DNA from: Phoronis australis
Taxonomy: Eukaryota > Animalia > Phoronida
Length of the DNA stretch: 64,000 bases
Assembly (NCBI GenBank): GCA_002633005.1
Contig: NMRA01000084.1
Coordinates: forward strand, 482,320-546,319
Reading direction: 5' to 3'
The translations under genes and the position numbers were made by a program. Below the pieces are notes generated by a model, which was given only the letters and a program-made list of their open reading frames with translations, did not search any database and had not been told where the DNA came from. This document shows positions 50,810 to 64,000 of this stretch, piece after piece (positions within the stretch are counted from its first letter, which is position 1; each line of letters begins with the position of its first letter).

Positions 50810-52340
50810 CAGATCTTTAAACGGTAGCAACGCAAACGTTTTCGCAGAACTTGACGGCGGGTACTGAAAAGTTGTTACCTTTTCCCATCCCCGATTTGTG
50901 CATACATAAATACGAATGAGCATTTGAATGTCAGAAAGCAAAAAGTTTAACAAAACGGAGGACGTCTCGAAAATGAACTTCATGCGGTGCAAATTTTGCG
51001 TAACTTTAATAATTTGGAAATGTCACTTGTCTGAAGTGTGTGTAAAATTCAACTACATAAATAACACTCATTAAATTTAGAAGTTTTCATTGCAGAGTAT
51101 TTAGTTCATTTTGTTGGAAATTGCAAAATCTGTTGTTCTGTGTGTGCGACTACAGATATGATAGACACTCGTTGGCGATAGGCATTTTTAAAAACATTTA
51201 TTTCGCGTTTCATCCTAATTTCGGTAAAATATAATATCAAAATAAACAAAAGTCACTAGCGGTCTACTTTTTGGGTCCGGAAATCGGCCGTATTTTAATG
51301 AGGAAGCTGGTAATTTATTAAACCACCCGCTACACATCCTCTGTTTGTTTGGACGAAACCAGGCATCCAAGAAAATTTACAAATGTTTAATTCTTCGTGG
51401 TTGTCTGACAGTTCATTGCGGATTACCGAAGCCCCTGGAAGCGGAATCTTAATCAGCAATTAATTTGTGAAATGAAAGGTGCCTCAACCAAATGAATTGG
51501 CTATTGATCATTTGTTCCTATTTGAATAGCTGACTACCTGCGCCATACTGAAATTCTCTGTTCCGCCAGACGACGATCGCGTCTTTCAAATTGGTGGACA
51601 GGCGTTCAGCGTCAGCTACAGATCCCTTGTAATACGGACGGGAGGTTTCAATCAAGTGGTATAAACGGTAATTTAACACCTTTCCTGCTAACATAATGCC
51701 GGCCAATTTTCAGATATGCGGTGGGATATAATAATGGCTTACAGAAAAATGCAAACCTGGCGAAATGACAATGGATGAACACATAGCACCCTATACATTT
51801 TTCACTACGAAAAAAGAATTCGCCAAAACTGAGTAGGGATCAAGCGGAAGTCGCTTTCTCTTCTTCATTACTCTAGAGACCGCTAATATGAAAAGTAGCT
51901 TGTTGACAATTATGCCATTGACACATATCGGACAATGCTCGTCCGATCCCGACGACTTTGTTCAGTCAGCCTGGCCATGGCTTGATCAACCGATAGCGGA
52001 CTCAAGCTGTTCGTTGATTGCTGACGCAGTCACCCGTTCGGTGCTTAACTGATCTCTCGATAATAGTCCAATTGTACGCCAGTATGGCCTAGCTTTTATG
52101 TAACTTTTACATAAAGCGAGGTCTAGAATTAGTTTTAGGTCCATTATTGAGGATATGCCACGCATCCTGATACATAACGCCTAGGGCACGCTGTCTTGTG
52201 ACCGCGGAACCCAAGCATCTATTGTTTCCGAGACCTTTGGTCTCTGTCGTAGATAAGCATCTGCTCTTACGCAGTAAGACTATTATGGTCGGAGCTCGCT
52301 GTGTATTACTTTGTTGCACGACTGTTCACTGAACGTGACC

Positions 52341-52473
52341 ATGGGTCCGTGGGTGCACAGATTGGTTACTTTTCTGGTCGGTGCTCTAGGGATGGCGGTC
52401 TTGAGTGTTGTGGCCGCCTTCAATGTTTATTCCAACGCCCTGAAGACGAGATTTAACTACACTCAATCGGAAG
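52341..52473 (+). CDS. MFS transporter (Nodulin-like/MCH1/NFD4-type), exon 1
   Basis: ACCATGG start context. MGPWVHRLVTFLVGALGMAVLSVVAAFNVYSNALKTRFNYTQSE looks like TM1 plus the 'F..YS..LK..F.YTQ.E' segment of this MFS group. Donor AAG|GTGAGT, phase 1. Confidence 0.8.
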
Positions 52474-52989
52474 GTGAGTCGAGTACCTTAAAATTTTCAG
52501 CAATAAGGCCGATAGTGGAATTGAGACTTTGGCTGAGGCGATTTTTATAATCGCATTAGCGGGTATAGTTAGCTAATTTCCAGCAGGTCATTTAGACTTG
52601 TCCAAAAGACTATGTACTTTATTCGCTGTTTAGTCAAACCGTGTCGCGGCCGTCATGAGCTTGACCGAAAGGTCTTTGTTTTTCGTTCTTTTCAACGGCA
52701 TATGCCGTGTATTTCAACTGTTGTGTATAACGTTACTTCCAAAAACACTTGACTGACAAATGCATAGTGCTTGGTTGTGCAGCTGAGCATTGTACACACA
52801 ACGCTGCTATCAACGTACATGTACTAGGTACCTGCAGGAATAGAATGATTACATGATTATGTAGGTCAGAGTTCACATTTGTACCGAGGATATGTACTCG
52901 AGACGATTGATTATAAGGTCCAGTTATACAGGTGTTTCACAAGCTGAAACGTTATTCTCCGTACCTAAGACAAAAAATATGTCAGTATG

Positions 52990-53240
52990 CATGCGCGCAC
53001 CCAGCCTTTAATATGGAGGGCTCGAATTTCCGACGATGTGGACCTTTTACCTACAAATGAAAGCCGAAGGATTAAAAAAACGGGATACCACGTCCAGAAC
53101 TGGGAATTGTGCGTTTGCGCCTTCTTAGTGGACTTTTTGTCTCGTTTTCTCGGACTTTTTGTTTCTCTGAGGCGGACTTTTTTGTCCACTTCACCAAATG
53201 GGGGGCTCTTTCGAGCCCCCCCCCCCTGGGTGCGCGCAAG
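52990..53240. mobile_element. MITE in MFS intron 1
   Basis: TIRs CATGCGCGCACCCAG / CTGGGTGCGCGCAAG, flanked by GTATG on both sides. Internal GGACTTTTT repeats and a terminal G/C hairpin. Confidence 0.75.
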
Positions 53241-56200
53241 GTATGGACTTGACAAGTTACGTTCGTGACATGCTTGCGCTATTTCATTACGGCGTTCTCC
53301 CGTTCAGCGACTTTACCAGACATGAGGGTTGGCTCCTTCGTTAACTGCCCAGCCGTGACAGTCTTCTGTTCTGAATGACAACATGCAAGCCAAAAATCTC
53401 CAAGGCTTCAAATGGTTACCGAAACCTAGCAGAACTACTTTTGACACCAGGTAGAGGTTTTTATCAACAATAATGAATACTACGATGGTAACCGAGGTGT
53501 CGTGTTTTCTTCGTTTGTTAATAATCATTTTATCGGCGTTGAGACTTGACCATGAAAGGTTTAACTTCCAGCAAGCATTATTACTCCGAGAAGTCGAGGA
53601 GCACCCGAGCTGGTTTATTCAGTAAAGCCGTTCCACCCGCCCTTTTTATAAGAATGACGTGCTGCTTTTGAGGGTCACTCGTTCTGGATTTACCCAAAAA
53701 AACGTACGCATCACCGAGGAACGGATCTCAGAGTCAGCAAGTTCGGCGTAGCTGACCCTATGAGCGTGAATGCCTGGATTTTAACGTCTACAGGTTAACA
53801 ATTACACATCTCCACGCTTTGGAGTTATCAGGCATACTGCGCGCGAAAATCGGCACATGCAGGAACCATGTGACCTTAGCCGCGTTTGTGATAATGATTT
53901 ATTGCGTGTAAGAATATAAAACTAACCCGTGAGTCGTAATATCTTTATTAAAATAGCATATATTGCTAAAAACAACTTATTGGATCAAATACAACAATTA
54001 TCTATCTGTGTCATGGATGTAAGTGTTTTGAAACGTATGGTGGTTGTACCCTATTACCGACCGCGCCGTATGAACGTAGTCAAACTCACTCTGTTGGTAA
54101 TACGTTCGGACAGAATACATGTGGATTGCATTAACTTCCGTTGTAGTTGGACGATTTTGGTGATACAAAACCTTAACATGATCAGCATCTGACGAGGAAA
54201 TTAGAAATGCTATTGGTTTATGTTGAAATATGTTATAACTTAACTTTTATTGTTAACAACACAGCCCAGTCAAGCTAGAAACGATCTGATCCGAGATTTG
54301 GACAAATATCGAACAAAAAAGAGCTGGCCCTCCAACCATGACAGAATTGACTTAATCAGTCGCGTAAGATACTGGCTACAGGAATCATTTTCTCACCTTG
54401 TTATTGGGCTATAGAATGGAACAAGCTGAGCTCAACTGAAAAAAACGCCGTAATGTGTTATTTTTTGCGACATCTTCAAGCCGTGAGGACTGAGGTTCGC
54501 CGAAGCAGTATTTGCTCAGAAATTCCTTTTGCTAACATTAACATATTAAAAACTTATAACGAAGCAAAACCAATTCCGATAATTTGTTGTGACATGCATG
54601 CACACTTGTGGAAGAAGAAAAGTTGCTAAAGAGTTGGTGGTGCTCCATTTCATGGCGTTGAAAGCCGATCGATCCACAAACTTAATACCAGAATAACGAT
54701 TGAACGGCAATTCTCTAACACTTGTAATTGATTTTATTTACTCGGGAAAGAGTGTAGTTTTTAATGACATTAGTTTTTGAGAGATTGTGTTTGGCCAGTT
54801 TTTACACATTTCAATGCAAACCTTTACAATTGTATACCTCTGTACATGCACCAATACTCCAGCTATATTGGCTATGCCGACAATGCCAAAAGCGGTGACG
54901 TCACTGACGACAAGCACTTCAACAGACGCGATGCATACAGACAAGACTATTGACTTTACTGCTGCAGACACCAACAACGGCGTTGACAACGACAACGCCA
55001 TCGCATTCATTGCTAGAATCGCTTTCCTCCCCATCACCGTCACTTTTGCAACCAATTTCATTATTGTCATCATCATAAAACATTGATCACGAAATTGCTT
55101 AAGGACTGAAAGCTGGCACAACGTGTTCAATCGCCAATAAAACAAAGCATGGTCACTCAAAACATTTGCAGTAGTCAGAAAATCATGAATAATTTGAGAA
55201 CTGTCATTCGAGATTTGTACACACACCCACTTCTAAACGATCTCTAGTAGGACAAGGGAATGCGAAGAGAAAATCGAAAATAGCCTCCACAGCGCCATCT
55301 TTTGTCCCGTCAGCCAAAACGCAACAATTTTCGGGGGAGAGTTCAGAAGTTAAGTATTGTATGCAAACGCCAAAAAATGCGCGAATGATTGGGAAACGCG
55401 AAACGGCTGCTAAATGTCACTATCGGACCACATACAATAGAACTCGAGAACGATAAGTCATTAGCAAAAACGGATGCCATTGCTTGTAGCCCTTGACGAG
55501 ACCAATGGACAGATACGCCACCATCCGCACACGTATAGGTATATTTTGTGGCTGGAGAACCTGGTGAAAACGCACAGAAAATAATGCGTTCCAGTCGCAT
55601 TAGCGTTACTACCCGTGAAAATTTTTGAAAACTAAGTCGATGGAAAACTTTTTGAAACTTCAAAGAAAAAGTTGAGTTTTCGAAATGAAAATAGAGTCGT
55701 GTGACCAGGGCCTTAAACTAACAATAACAGTCAACCGCGCGATACAACTGGGTTCGCTAATGCCTAGTCGGCAGTCGATTGTTGGGAATTACATCGCTGT
55801 TTTGTGACGTTCTATCACATATTTATGCCGTGGATCGAACTTTTCTTCTTGATTGACGACTGGCTCATGTCCGCTGAACCCCACCCCCCCGATTCTTGTC
55901 TTAATTCTTTGCCGAGCATGTTTCGTGCAACGGGAAGTGAAAATGTTATTGAGTCTCGGAGTGTCGACTATAAACATCTCAAACACGAAAAACACCTGAA
56001 TTAGTTTTTCAAATTTAGTTATTACAACTAATTTTAAAGCTGTTTCTGACTCAGGACTTGAAAGCTAGCACGGGTCCGTAACCTTGATGTCAGCTGTGAC
56101 CTCTACAACATCTGAAGCTTGCACGCGTGCACTTTTGCAGAGTCACCGCTTGCAACCCAAGTGGAGCGCTGCGTGGTCACTGGTCGTCTGCGCACTAAAG

Positions 56201-56632
56201 TTCTAACAAACTAACAAGACCGCAGGAAGGCACGGGTCTATTACTCAGCATTTTTTTAAATTTAATTGTGAATGATTAATCTGAGGGCAACAGAACCTTT
56301 GTTGGGATCATCCGCTTTATGATGCTTTTACCGTCATTTGGCGACGTGACGATAAAGCTCTTTGAAAAGTGCTACGCGTTCCGAGTACGTGTGTCGTATG
56401 GGGACTTAGATCACGAGGTAAGGCTAACCGCTTATGTCGTTTGTCTGTCGTAATAAGCGCCCATGTGCGGTTAACCCCCCACTCTGGATTTCTTGAAATT
56501 TCACGTTTAAGCGCCCATGTCTGGTGAACCGCCCACCCCCGATTTTTGGGTTTGCCAATTTAACCTCACAGGGCGTTAACCCGAAAGTTTACGTTCTGCA
56601 GTTGGCGGCGCCGTCTGCCGCTGATTTGCTAA

Positions 56633-58413
56633 CGGCTAAATCCCAATCAAGGTCCATATTCGAGAGTTGGGTGCGTTACGGTCTAAAATAAGTTCTTTGG
56701 TCATTTACCAAATGCCAACTGAATCTTATTATGCAAAGGGTTATTTAGTTGCGCAAATTAAAAAAGAATCATCAAAATCGGACAATGTTTGAGAAATTTA
56801 TGCTCGTTTTTGTCTATGAAATTCATGCATTTTTAGCGTTACGAGTGGCCATTTTAAAAATAGCAATTTCAACTGTCAAGAGTAGAAAAGAAATTTATTT
56901 TATCAAGCAAGCAATTGTTTAGATATGACTGGGAATGACTTGAGTCACTTTCAGAGTCAATTAGATGAAGTTGTGCTTAATCATTAGGTAGGGTTCATCA
57001 TAAAACAGGCACTCGTTACGAAATTTGTAAATTCTGTGTTTCTAAACCTCACGTACTGTAAAGAAGGTTAAAAACTAAAGTTCACACTCAGTATCAAAAA
57101 GAACTACAAAATATGTCAGCCTAGGCAACACAACAAATTATTCAATATCTAAACAAACCAAATGTTTGGATATTGAATGGATTCTGCTATGTTGAAAACG
57201 GGCCAAAAAGGCTTACAAAATGTAGTGTACGTAACGTATCCGTAACACAAATGGTCATTGCAAATGAAATTGCCTTTTAAATAACAACATGGTGCTTATT
57301 ATCACCAAAGAAAAATAAATGGCCATACAACATTATGTCATCATGTGATGCAGAAACAGTGATGTAGTGTACGTACCCCCATGTCTACAAATGCCATAAT
57401 ATTAAAATATCACTTGGTAAGTGAGCAACATCGGTCATGGACAATTTCCTTCCTTAAAAATGTTAGGTTAAAAGAGTGTTTATTGCAAATACATTTGTTT
57501 TGAGTGAAATATTAGCATTTGTGTAGTGTACGTACCCCCATATTTTAACATGTGCCTGTTTTCAAAGAATTACAGACAGATATGCACATGACTGCATGCT
57601 GTAGTTTTTATTTGCTCTCTTTGAATTTTGGTAAATGAACTAAGTCTCAGTAAATTCTAATTATTTTTATAAACTTGAAAAGTCATTGAAATGTAGTGTA
57701 CGTACCCCTTTGTAGTGTATGTACCTTCAATCTCTGTGCTATAAAGTATTGCCCACAAGAATTTTTGCACACTACTGTTCTCATGTACAATACTGATATT
57801 TCCAAAATGAATACTGTCTGACAATAAAAAAACAATTGAAATTATGAAATTTGTGGACAATAAAATGCCACACAGGACTTGGCTAGTACTGAATATCCTA
57901 GAAGACGCGTCATGTGACAACTGATGTTGCTGAGGCAGGTTTATCTCTCAAGGCAACTTCAACTTGCAACAAACCAACAAGTAGGGACAGCACAAAACTC
58001 GAGACCATCCCATACACTTGTACCTTTAGTCAAAATTTGACGTTGATTGGCTGTGTGTAGTGTACGTACCCCACAACCAGTACCATGGAGCACTGGGCCT
58101 AGCATTGCTTTAACTATTTTGACCAACTGGTGAAAGTATTTAATCAAAAACTTATTAAATTGACAGCTACCTTATGAATTTTTGAATGGTAGAAGTGGGT
58201 TGTGACCACAAGTTGGAGTGTACGTACCCTTTTGTACAACTGCGATGCATTAGGCTATAAAAAAATATTCTGTGGTTCTTGTGCAAAAATATTTTAGATT
58301 ACAAACCTGGAATGATGGTACTTTAAAACAACCCAGCTTTTACAGTAATATGACAAGCTTCATTTTTCACCAAAAGTGGCCGCCGAATATAGACCTTGAC
58401 TGTGATTTGGCCG
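56633..58413. mobile_element. Non-autonomous PIF/Harbinger-like DNA transposon (~1.8 kb)
   Basis: TIRs CGGCTAAATCCCAATCAAGGTCCATATTCG / CGAATATAGACCTTGACTGTGATTTGGCCG with TSD TAA. About seven dispersed copies of (GT)AGTGTACGTACCC inside; no transposase ORF seen. Confidence 0.8.
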
Positions 58414-58676
58414 TAAGCATTGCAGACCTATCGATTATTTTTATCAGAACATTTCTAGTCTGTTGGAAAAATGCTGTCCTGTTCTGTAACTGTGACTGGG
58501 CACACGAGTTTTGATAAAACGGGCTCTTGCGACAGAAGCTACATTAATTTTAAATATATTTGCTGGCAACAATTACATGTACTGTCTATCAGTGGTTGGA
58601 TTAGTCGTTTGCCAAACAAGATGAGACGAATAATTACATTGCATCGCTCTCATGTTTCATCACTCTTATGTTTCAG

Positions 58677-58740
58677 TCGAATTGTTTGCCTCCCTTGGCG
58701 TCGTGGGTCAGTTCTTTGGAATACCAGCCAGTATGCTATA
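58677..58740 (+). pseudogene. Truncated duplicate of MFS exon 2, cut at the N junction
   Basis: Identical to 62667-62730 and ends abruptly at the single N at 58741. Confidence 0.75.
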
Positions 58741-61545
58741 NCCCCCCCTGGGTGCGCGCAAGGTATGGACAAGTTACGTTCGTGACATGCTTACGCTATT
58801 TCATTACGGCGTTCTCCCGTTCAGCGACTTTACCAGACATGAGGGTTGGCTCCTTCGTTAACTGCCCAGCACAGTCTTCTGTCCTGAATGACAACATGCA
58901 AGCTAAAAATCTCCAAGGCTTCAAATGGTTACCGAAACCTAGCAGAACTACTTTTGACACCAGGTAGAGGTTTTTATCAACAATAATAAATAAACGATGG
59001 TAATCGAGGTGTCGTGTTTTCTTCGTTTGTTAATAATCATTTGATCGGCGTTGCGACTTGACCATGAAAGATTTAACTTCCAGCAAGCATTATTACTCCG
59101 AGAAGTCGAGGAGCACCCGAGCTGGTTTATTCAGTAAAGCCGTTCCACCCGCCCTTTTTATAAGAATGACGTGCTGCTTTTGAGGGTCACTCGTTCTGGA
59201 TTTACCCAAAAAACGTACGCATCACCGAGGAACGGATCTCAGAGTCAGCAAGTTCGGCTGACCCTATGAGCGTGAACGCCTGGATTTTAACGTCTACAGG
59301 TTAACAATTACACATCTCCACGCTTTGGAGTTATCAGGCATACTGCGCGCGAAAATCGGCACATGCAGGAACCATGTGACCTTAGCCGCGTTTGTGATAA
59401 TGATTTATTGCGCGTAAGAATATAAAACTAACCCGTGAGTCGTAATATCTTTATTAAAATAGCATATATTGCTAAAAACAACTTATTGGATCAAATACAA
59501 GAATTATCTATCTGTACTGTCATGGATGTAAGTGTTATGAAACGTATGGTGGTTGTACCCTATTACCGACCGCGCCGTATGAACGCAGTCAAACTCACTC
59601 TGTTGGTAATACGTTCGGACAGAATAGATTGCATTAACTTCCGTTGTAGTTGGACGATTTTGGTGATACAAAACCTAAACATGATCAGCATCTGACGAGG
59701 AAATTAGAAATGCTATTGGTTTATGTTGAAATATGTTATAACTTAACTTTTATTTTTAACAACACAGCCCAGTCAAGCTAGAAACGATCTGATCCGAGAT
59801 TTGAACAATTATCGAACAAAAAAGAGCTGGCCCCCCAACCATGACAGAATTGACTTAATCAGTCGCGTAATATACTGGCTACAGGAATCATTCTCTCACC
59901 TTGTCATTGGGCTATAGAATGGAACAAGCTGAGCTCAACTGAAAAAAAACGCCGTAATGTGTTATTTTTTGCGACATCTTCAAGCCGTGAGGACTGAGGT
60001 TCGCCGAAGCAGTATTTGCTCAGAAATTCCGTTTGCTAACATTAACATATTAAAAACTTATAACGAAGCAAAACCAATTCCGATAATTTGTTGTGACATG
60101 TATGCACACTTGTGGAAGAAGAAAAGTTGCTAAAGAGTTGGTGGTGCTCCATTTCATGGCGTTGAAAGCCGATCGATCCACAAACTTAATACCAGAATAA
60201 CGATTGAACGGCAATTCTCTAACACTTGTAATTGATTTTATTTACTCGGGAAAGAGTGTAGTTTTTAATGACATTAGTTTTTGAGAGATCGTGTTTGGCC
60301 AGTTTTTACACATTTCAATGCAAAGCTTTACAATTGTATACCTCTGTACATGCACCAATACTCCAGTTATATTGGCTATGCCGACAATGCCAAAAACGGT
60401 GACGTCACTGACGACAAGCACTTCAACAGACGCGATGCATACAGACAAGACTATTGACCTTACTGCTGCAGACACCAACAACGGCGTTGACAACGACAAC
60501 GCCATCGCATTCATTGCTAGAATCGCTTTCCTCCCCATCACCGTCACTTTTGCAACCAATTTCATTATTTTCATCATCATAAAACATTGATGACGAAATT
60601 GCTTAAGGACTGAAAGTTGGCACAACGTGTTCAATCGCCAATAAAACAAAGCATGGTCACTCAAAACATTTGCAGTAGTCAGAAAATCATGAATAATTTG
60701 AGAACTGTCATTCGAGATTTGTACACACACACCTACTTCTAAACGATCTCTAGTAGGACAAGGGAATGCGAAGAGAAAATCGAAAATAGCCTCCACAGCG
60801 CCATCTTTTGTCCCGTCAGCCAAAACGCAACAATTTTCAGGGGAGAGTTCAGAAGTTAAGTATTGTATGCAAACGCCAAAAAATGTGCGAATGATTGGGA
60901 ACTTGATGCTATTTCCGAAATGCAAACGGCTGCTAAATGTCACTATCGGACCACATACAATAGAACTCGAGAACGATAAGTCATTAGCAAAAACGAATGG
61001 CATTGCTTGTAGCCCTTGACGAGACCAATGGACAGATACGCCACAATCCGCACACGTATAGGTATATTTTGTGGCTGGAGAACCTGGTGAAAACGCACAG
61101 AAAATAATGCGTTCCAGTCGCATTAGCGTTACTACCCGTGATAGCACTGAGAGAATTTTTTGAAAACTATGTCGACGGAAAACTTTTTGAAACTTCAAAG
61201 AAAAAGTTGAGTTTTCGAAATGAAAATGGAGTCGTGTGGCCAGGGCCTTAAACTAACAATAACAGTCAACCGCGATACAACTGGGTTCGCTAATGGCTAG
61301 TCGGCAGTCGATTGTTGGGAATTACATCGCTGTTTTGTTACGTTATATCACATATTTATGCCGTGGATCGAACTTTTCTTCTTGATTGACGACTGGCTCA
61401 TGTCCGCTTAACCCCCACCCCCGATTCTTGTCTTAATTCTTTGCCGAGCATGTCTCGCGCAACGGGAAGTGAAAATGTTATTGAGTCCCGGAGTGTCGAC
61501 TATAAACATCTCAAACACGAAAAACACCTGAATTAAGTTTTTCAA

Positions 61546-62380
61546 ATACTGATATTTCCAAAATGAATACTGTCTGACAAAAAACAATTGAAATTATGAA
61601 ATTTGTGGACAATAAAATGCCACACAGGACTTGGTTAGTACTGAAAATCCTAGAAGACACGTCATGTGACAACTGATGTTGCTGAGGCAGGTTCTATATC
61701 TCAAGGCAACTTCAACTAACAACAAACCAACAAGTAGGGACAGCACAAAACTCGAGACCATCCCATACACTTGTACCTTTAGTCAAAATTTGACGTTGAT
61801 TGACTGTGTGTAGTGTACGTACCCCCCAACCAGTACCATTTTTTACTGTTTACTAGTGGAACACTGGGCCTAGCATTGCTTTAACTATTTTGACCAACTG
61901 ATTAGTGTGTTGAAAACTAGGCAAATAGCACCAATAAAGTTTTTGAAAAAAGTTACTTGTCATTTTCTTTTTGAAACAATCGTATTGCAAGAGAAGGAAG
62001 TTCTCATTATATTGTGTTAAGATATGCAATGTATCACCATCTAGAACAACTTGATCAGCACGGTAATAACTTTTCCTATTTTAATATATGATACTTCTTC
62101 AATTTAATCAAAAACTTAAATTAACAGCTACCTTATGAATTTTTGCATGGTAGAAGTGGGTTGTTACCACAAGTTGTAGTGTACACATACGTACCCTTTT
62201 GTACAACTGCGATGCATTAGGCTATAAAAATTTATTCGGTGGTTCTTGTGCAAAAATATTTTAGATTACAAACCTGGAATGATGGTACTTTAAAACAACC
62301 TAGCGTTTACAGTAATATGACAAGCTCCATTATTCACCAACAGTGGCCACCCAATATGGACCTTGTTTGTGATTTGGCCG
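61546..62380. mobile_element. Right-hand remnant of the same Harbinger-like element in the second duplicated block
   Basis: Aligns to about 57789-58413 and ends GATTTGGCCG-TAA. The left part has been removed by deletion. Confidence 0.75.
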
Positions 62381-62666
62381 TAAGCATTGCAGACCTATCG
62401 ATTATTTTTATCAGAGCATTGGAAGTCCGGTCGTCGACGCTTTTCTAGTCTGTTGGAAAAATGCTGTCCTGTTCTGAAACTGTGACCGGGCACACGAGTT
62501 TTGATAAAACGGGCTCTTGCGACAGAAGCTACATTAATTTTAAATATATTTGCTGGCAACAATTACATGTACTGTCGATCAGTGGTTAGATTAGTCGTTT
62601 GCTGAACAAGATGACACGAATAATTACATTGGATCGCTCTTATGTTTCATCAATCTTATGTTTCAG

Positions 62667-62873
62667 TCGAATTGTTTGCCTCCCTTGGCGTCGTGGGTCA
62701 GTTCTTTGGAATACCAGCCAGTATGCTATACCATTCTTACGGACCCAGAGCGACATCTGTCGTCGGACTCGTCATTTCCGTCGGCGGTTTCTTACTGGTT
62801 TGGATGGCCGTAAAACTGAACAATATTTTTAAGATGTACAGTTTCGTTGTGTCTATATTCTTCTTAATTGGAA
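62667..62873 (+). CDS. MFS transporter exon 2 (gene continues beyond the window)
   Basis: Acceptor TGTTTCAG|. Encodes (V)ELFASLGVVGQFFGIPASMLYHSYGPRATSVVGLVISVGGFLLVWMAVK...VVSIFFLIG, with an MFS motif-A-like 'YGPR' between hydrophobic helices. Donor GAA|GTAAGT; 207 nt, phase 1-1. Confidence 0.82.
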
Positions 62874-64000
62874 GTAAGTATTTTATTATTCTCAAGTTCC
62901 TATTTTTGCTTAATTTCTATTATTTTATTCAGAGTGTCATCACATTCGCCTACAAAGGGCCACATAACATAGTCTCTTCGTGTACATAAATGATGTCTTA
63001 TAACCATGAATTTGCATTGATTTGTCGTGAAATACAATCACTAAGCGTTGGCTGCGACATCGCCTTCAATGATATCAAGAGCGACTACATGTGATATTAT
63101 CTTGAAATTGAAAATCGAATTGCAAACAGAAACTCAGATAGATGATTAGATAGTATCCATTATTGTCTCCTTTCACACATTCAAACAAACATAAACCGCT
63201 TTTTCAGTGTCTTTACAGACACGTTGGATACTGCAAAACATACCACAAAACTTATGATATGCACAATAAAAAATCAATACAAACCAGTATAGTTTCTTTC
63301 TTAATATCGAGAAGCAGGTCCTGGCAAACGTCTCAAAATTTGACAAGTAGTTAACACTTTGTTCGTCACTAAAAATGCAAAGTTGACATTCAAGCGATTA
63401 AAATATCTGATCTGAGCTCGAAGTAATCAGTACATTGTATTAAAACATGAAACTCGTCTTCGACTGCCCCACATTGGCACTGGTTACAGAATCTGTCGTC
63501 ATAACGCAAACCACAATAACTCACGGTTCAACCGCTAGAGGGAGGACGAGACCTGAAAGCCGCAGACACTCTTCGTTTCGTACAGTTTACCTTACTTCGG
63601 TTGTATGGGTGAGGTTCAAGAGCAGATTTGAAACCTTGAAGTTCATGTAAAACCCTGAACTTTGTTTCCACTACCAAATTTGATACCCATGCAGATCACG
63701 TCAGAACGGTCTAACCCTGCTCAAACACCACGTGTTCTTTAGCGTCAAAAATAATTTCATTTAAAGAAGATGGACCTACACTGTTTAGAGATTACTCAAG
63801 TTCCTACTAAGTCAATAATCCACACATATGAAACTCCCTTGGTTATCCACGATGCGCATGGCACCAGTTTTCAATGTTCCCAATTCATAGTGCCGCTGCA
63901 GTGTTTTCCTCGTCAATTTGTACCTGCGCCAGTTAATGAGCCTACACTAAAACCGAATTACACCCAAATTCTTCCAGTGATTTGGTTACCGTATGTGAGC

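Larger units (their letters stand above)
53221..62730 (+). repeat. Tandem near-identical duplication (53221-58740 vs 58742-62730), probable haplotype artefact
   Basis: Both blocks begin CCCCCCTGGGTGCGCGCAAGGTATGGAC and end GCCAGTATGCTATA. They differ by SNPs and indels and are joined by one N. Confidence 0.92.

Noticed and set aside
54185-54212. CTGACGA...GAAA hammerhead-like words (also in the duplicate block)
   Set aside because: No stem II can form between the two boxes.
57220-58230. Repeated GTAGTGTACGTACCC motif resembling a CRISPR-like array
   Set aside because: Irregular spacing, eukaryotic context, and located inside a TIR/TSD-bounded transposon; better explained as internal transposon repeats.
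60242-61198. 318-aa minus-strand ORF, the longest N-free ORF in the window
   Set aside because: No recognisable domain, non-ATG start and intronic location. The duplicate copy (54738-55663) is broken by indels, so it is unlikely to be coding.

Overview
AT-rich animal (lophotrochozoan) genomic DNA covering the posterior end of a Hox cluster and its flank. On the minus strand there is a complete three-exon Post2 gene (CDS 31010-30572, 16801-16662, 14715-14599; 231 aa; intron inside homeobox helix 3). About 11 kb downstream is exon 1 of a central-class Hox gene, most likely Lox4 (3737-3443; its homeobox exon lies outside the window). This Lox-type gene has a variant hexapeptide (FAWM). Its apparent ancestral SYF N-terminus survives only as a relic broken by stops and a frameshift, now overlapped by uORFs. 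Post2 intron 1 contains an inverted-repeat insertion whose two arms each carry a minimal Penelope-type hammerhead ribozyme motif. It also holds a ~150 bp element that has a diverged twin upstream of the gene. No Post1 is visible. Beyond ~42 kb the sequence becomes repeat-rich (Tx1/L1 relic, hAT and Harbinger-type MITEs, an 806-N gap), followed by a plus-strand MFS (Nodulin-like/MCH1-type) transporter gene. Its first intron is duplicated across a single N, probably a haplotype assembly artefact. All family assignments come from reading the sequence and recalled family motifs; no searches were run.
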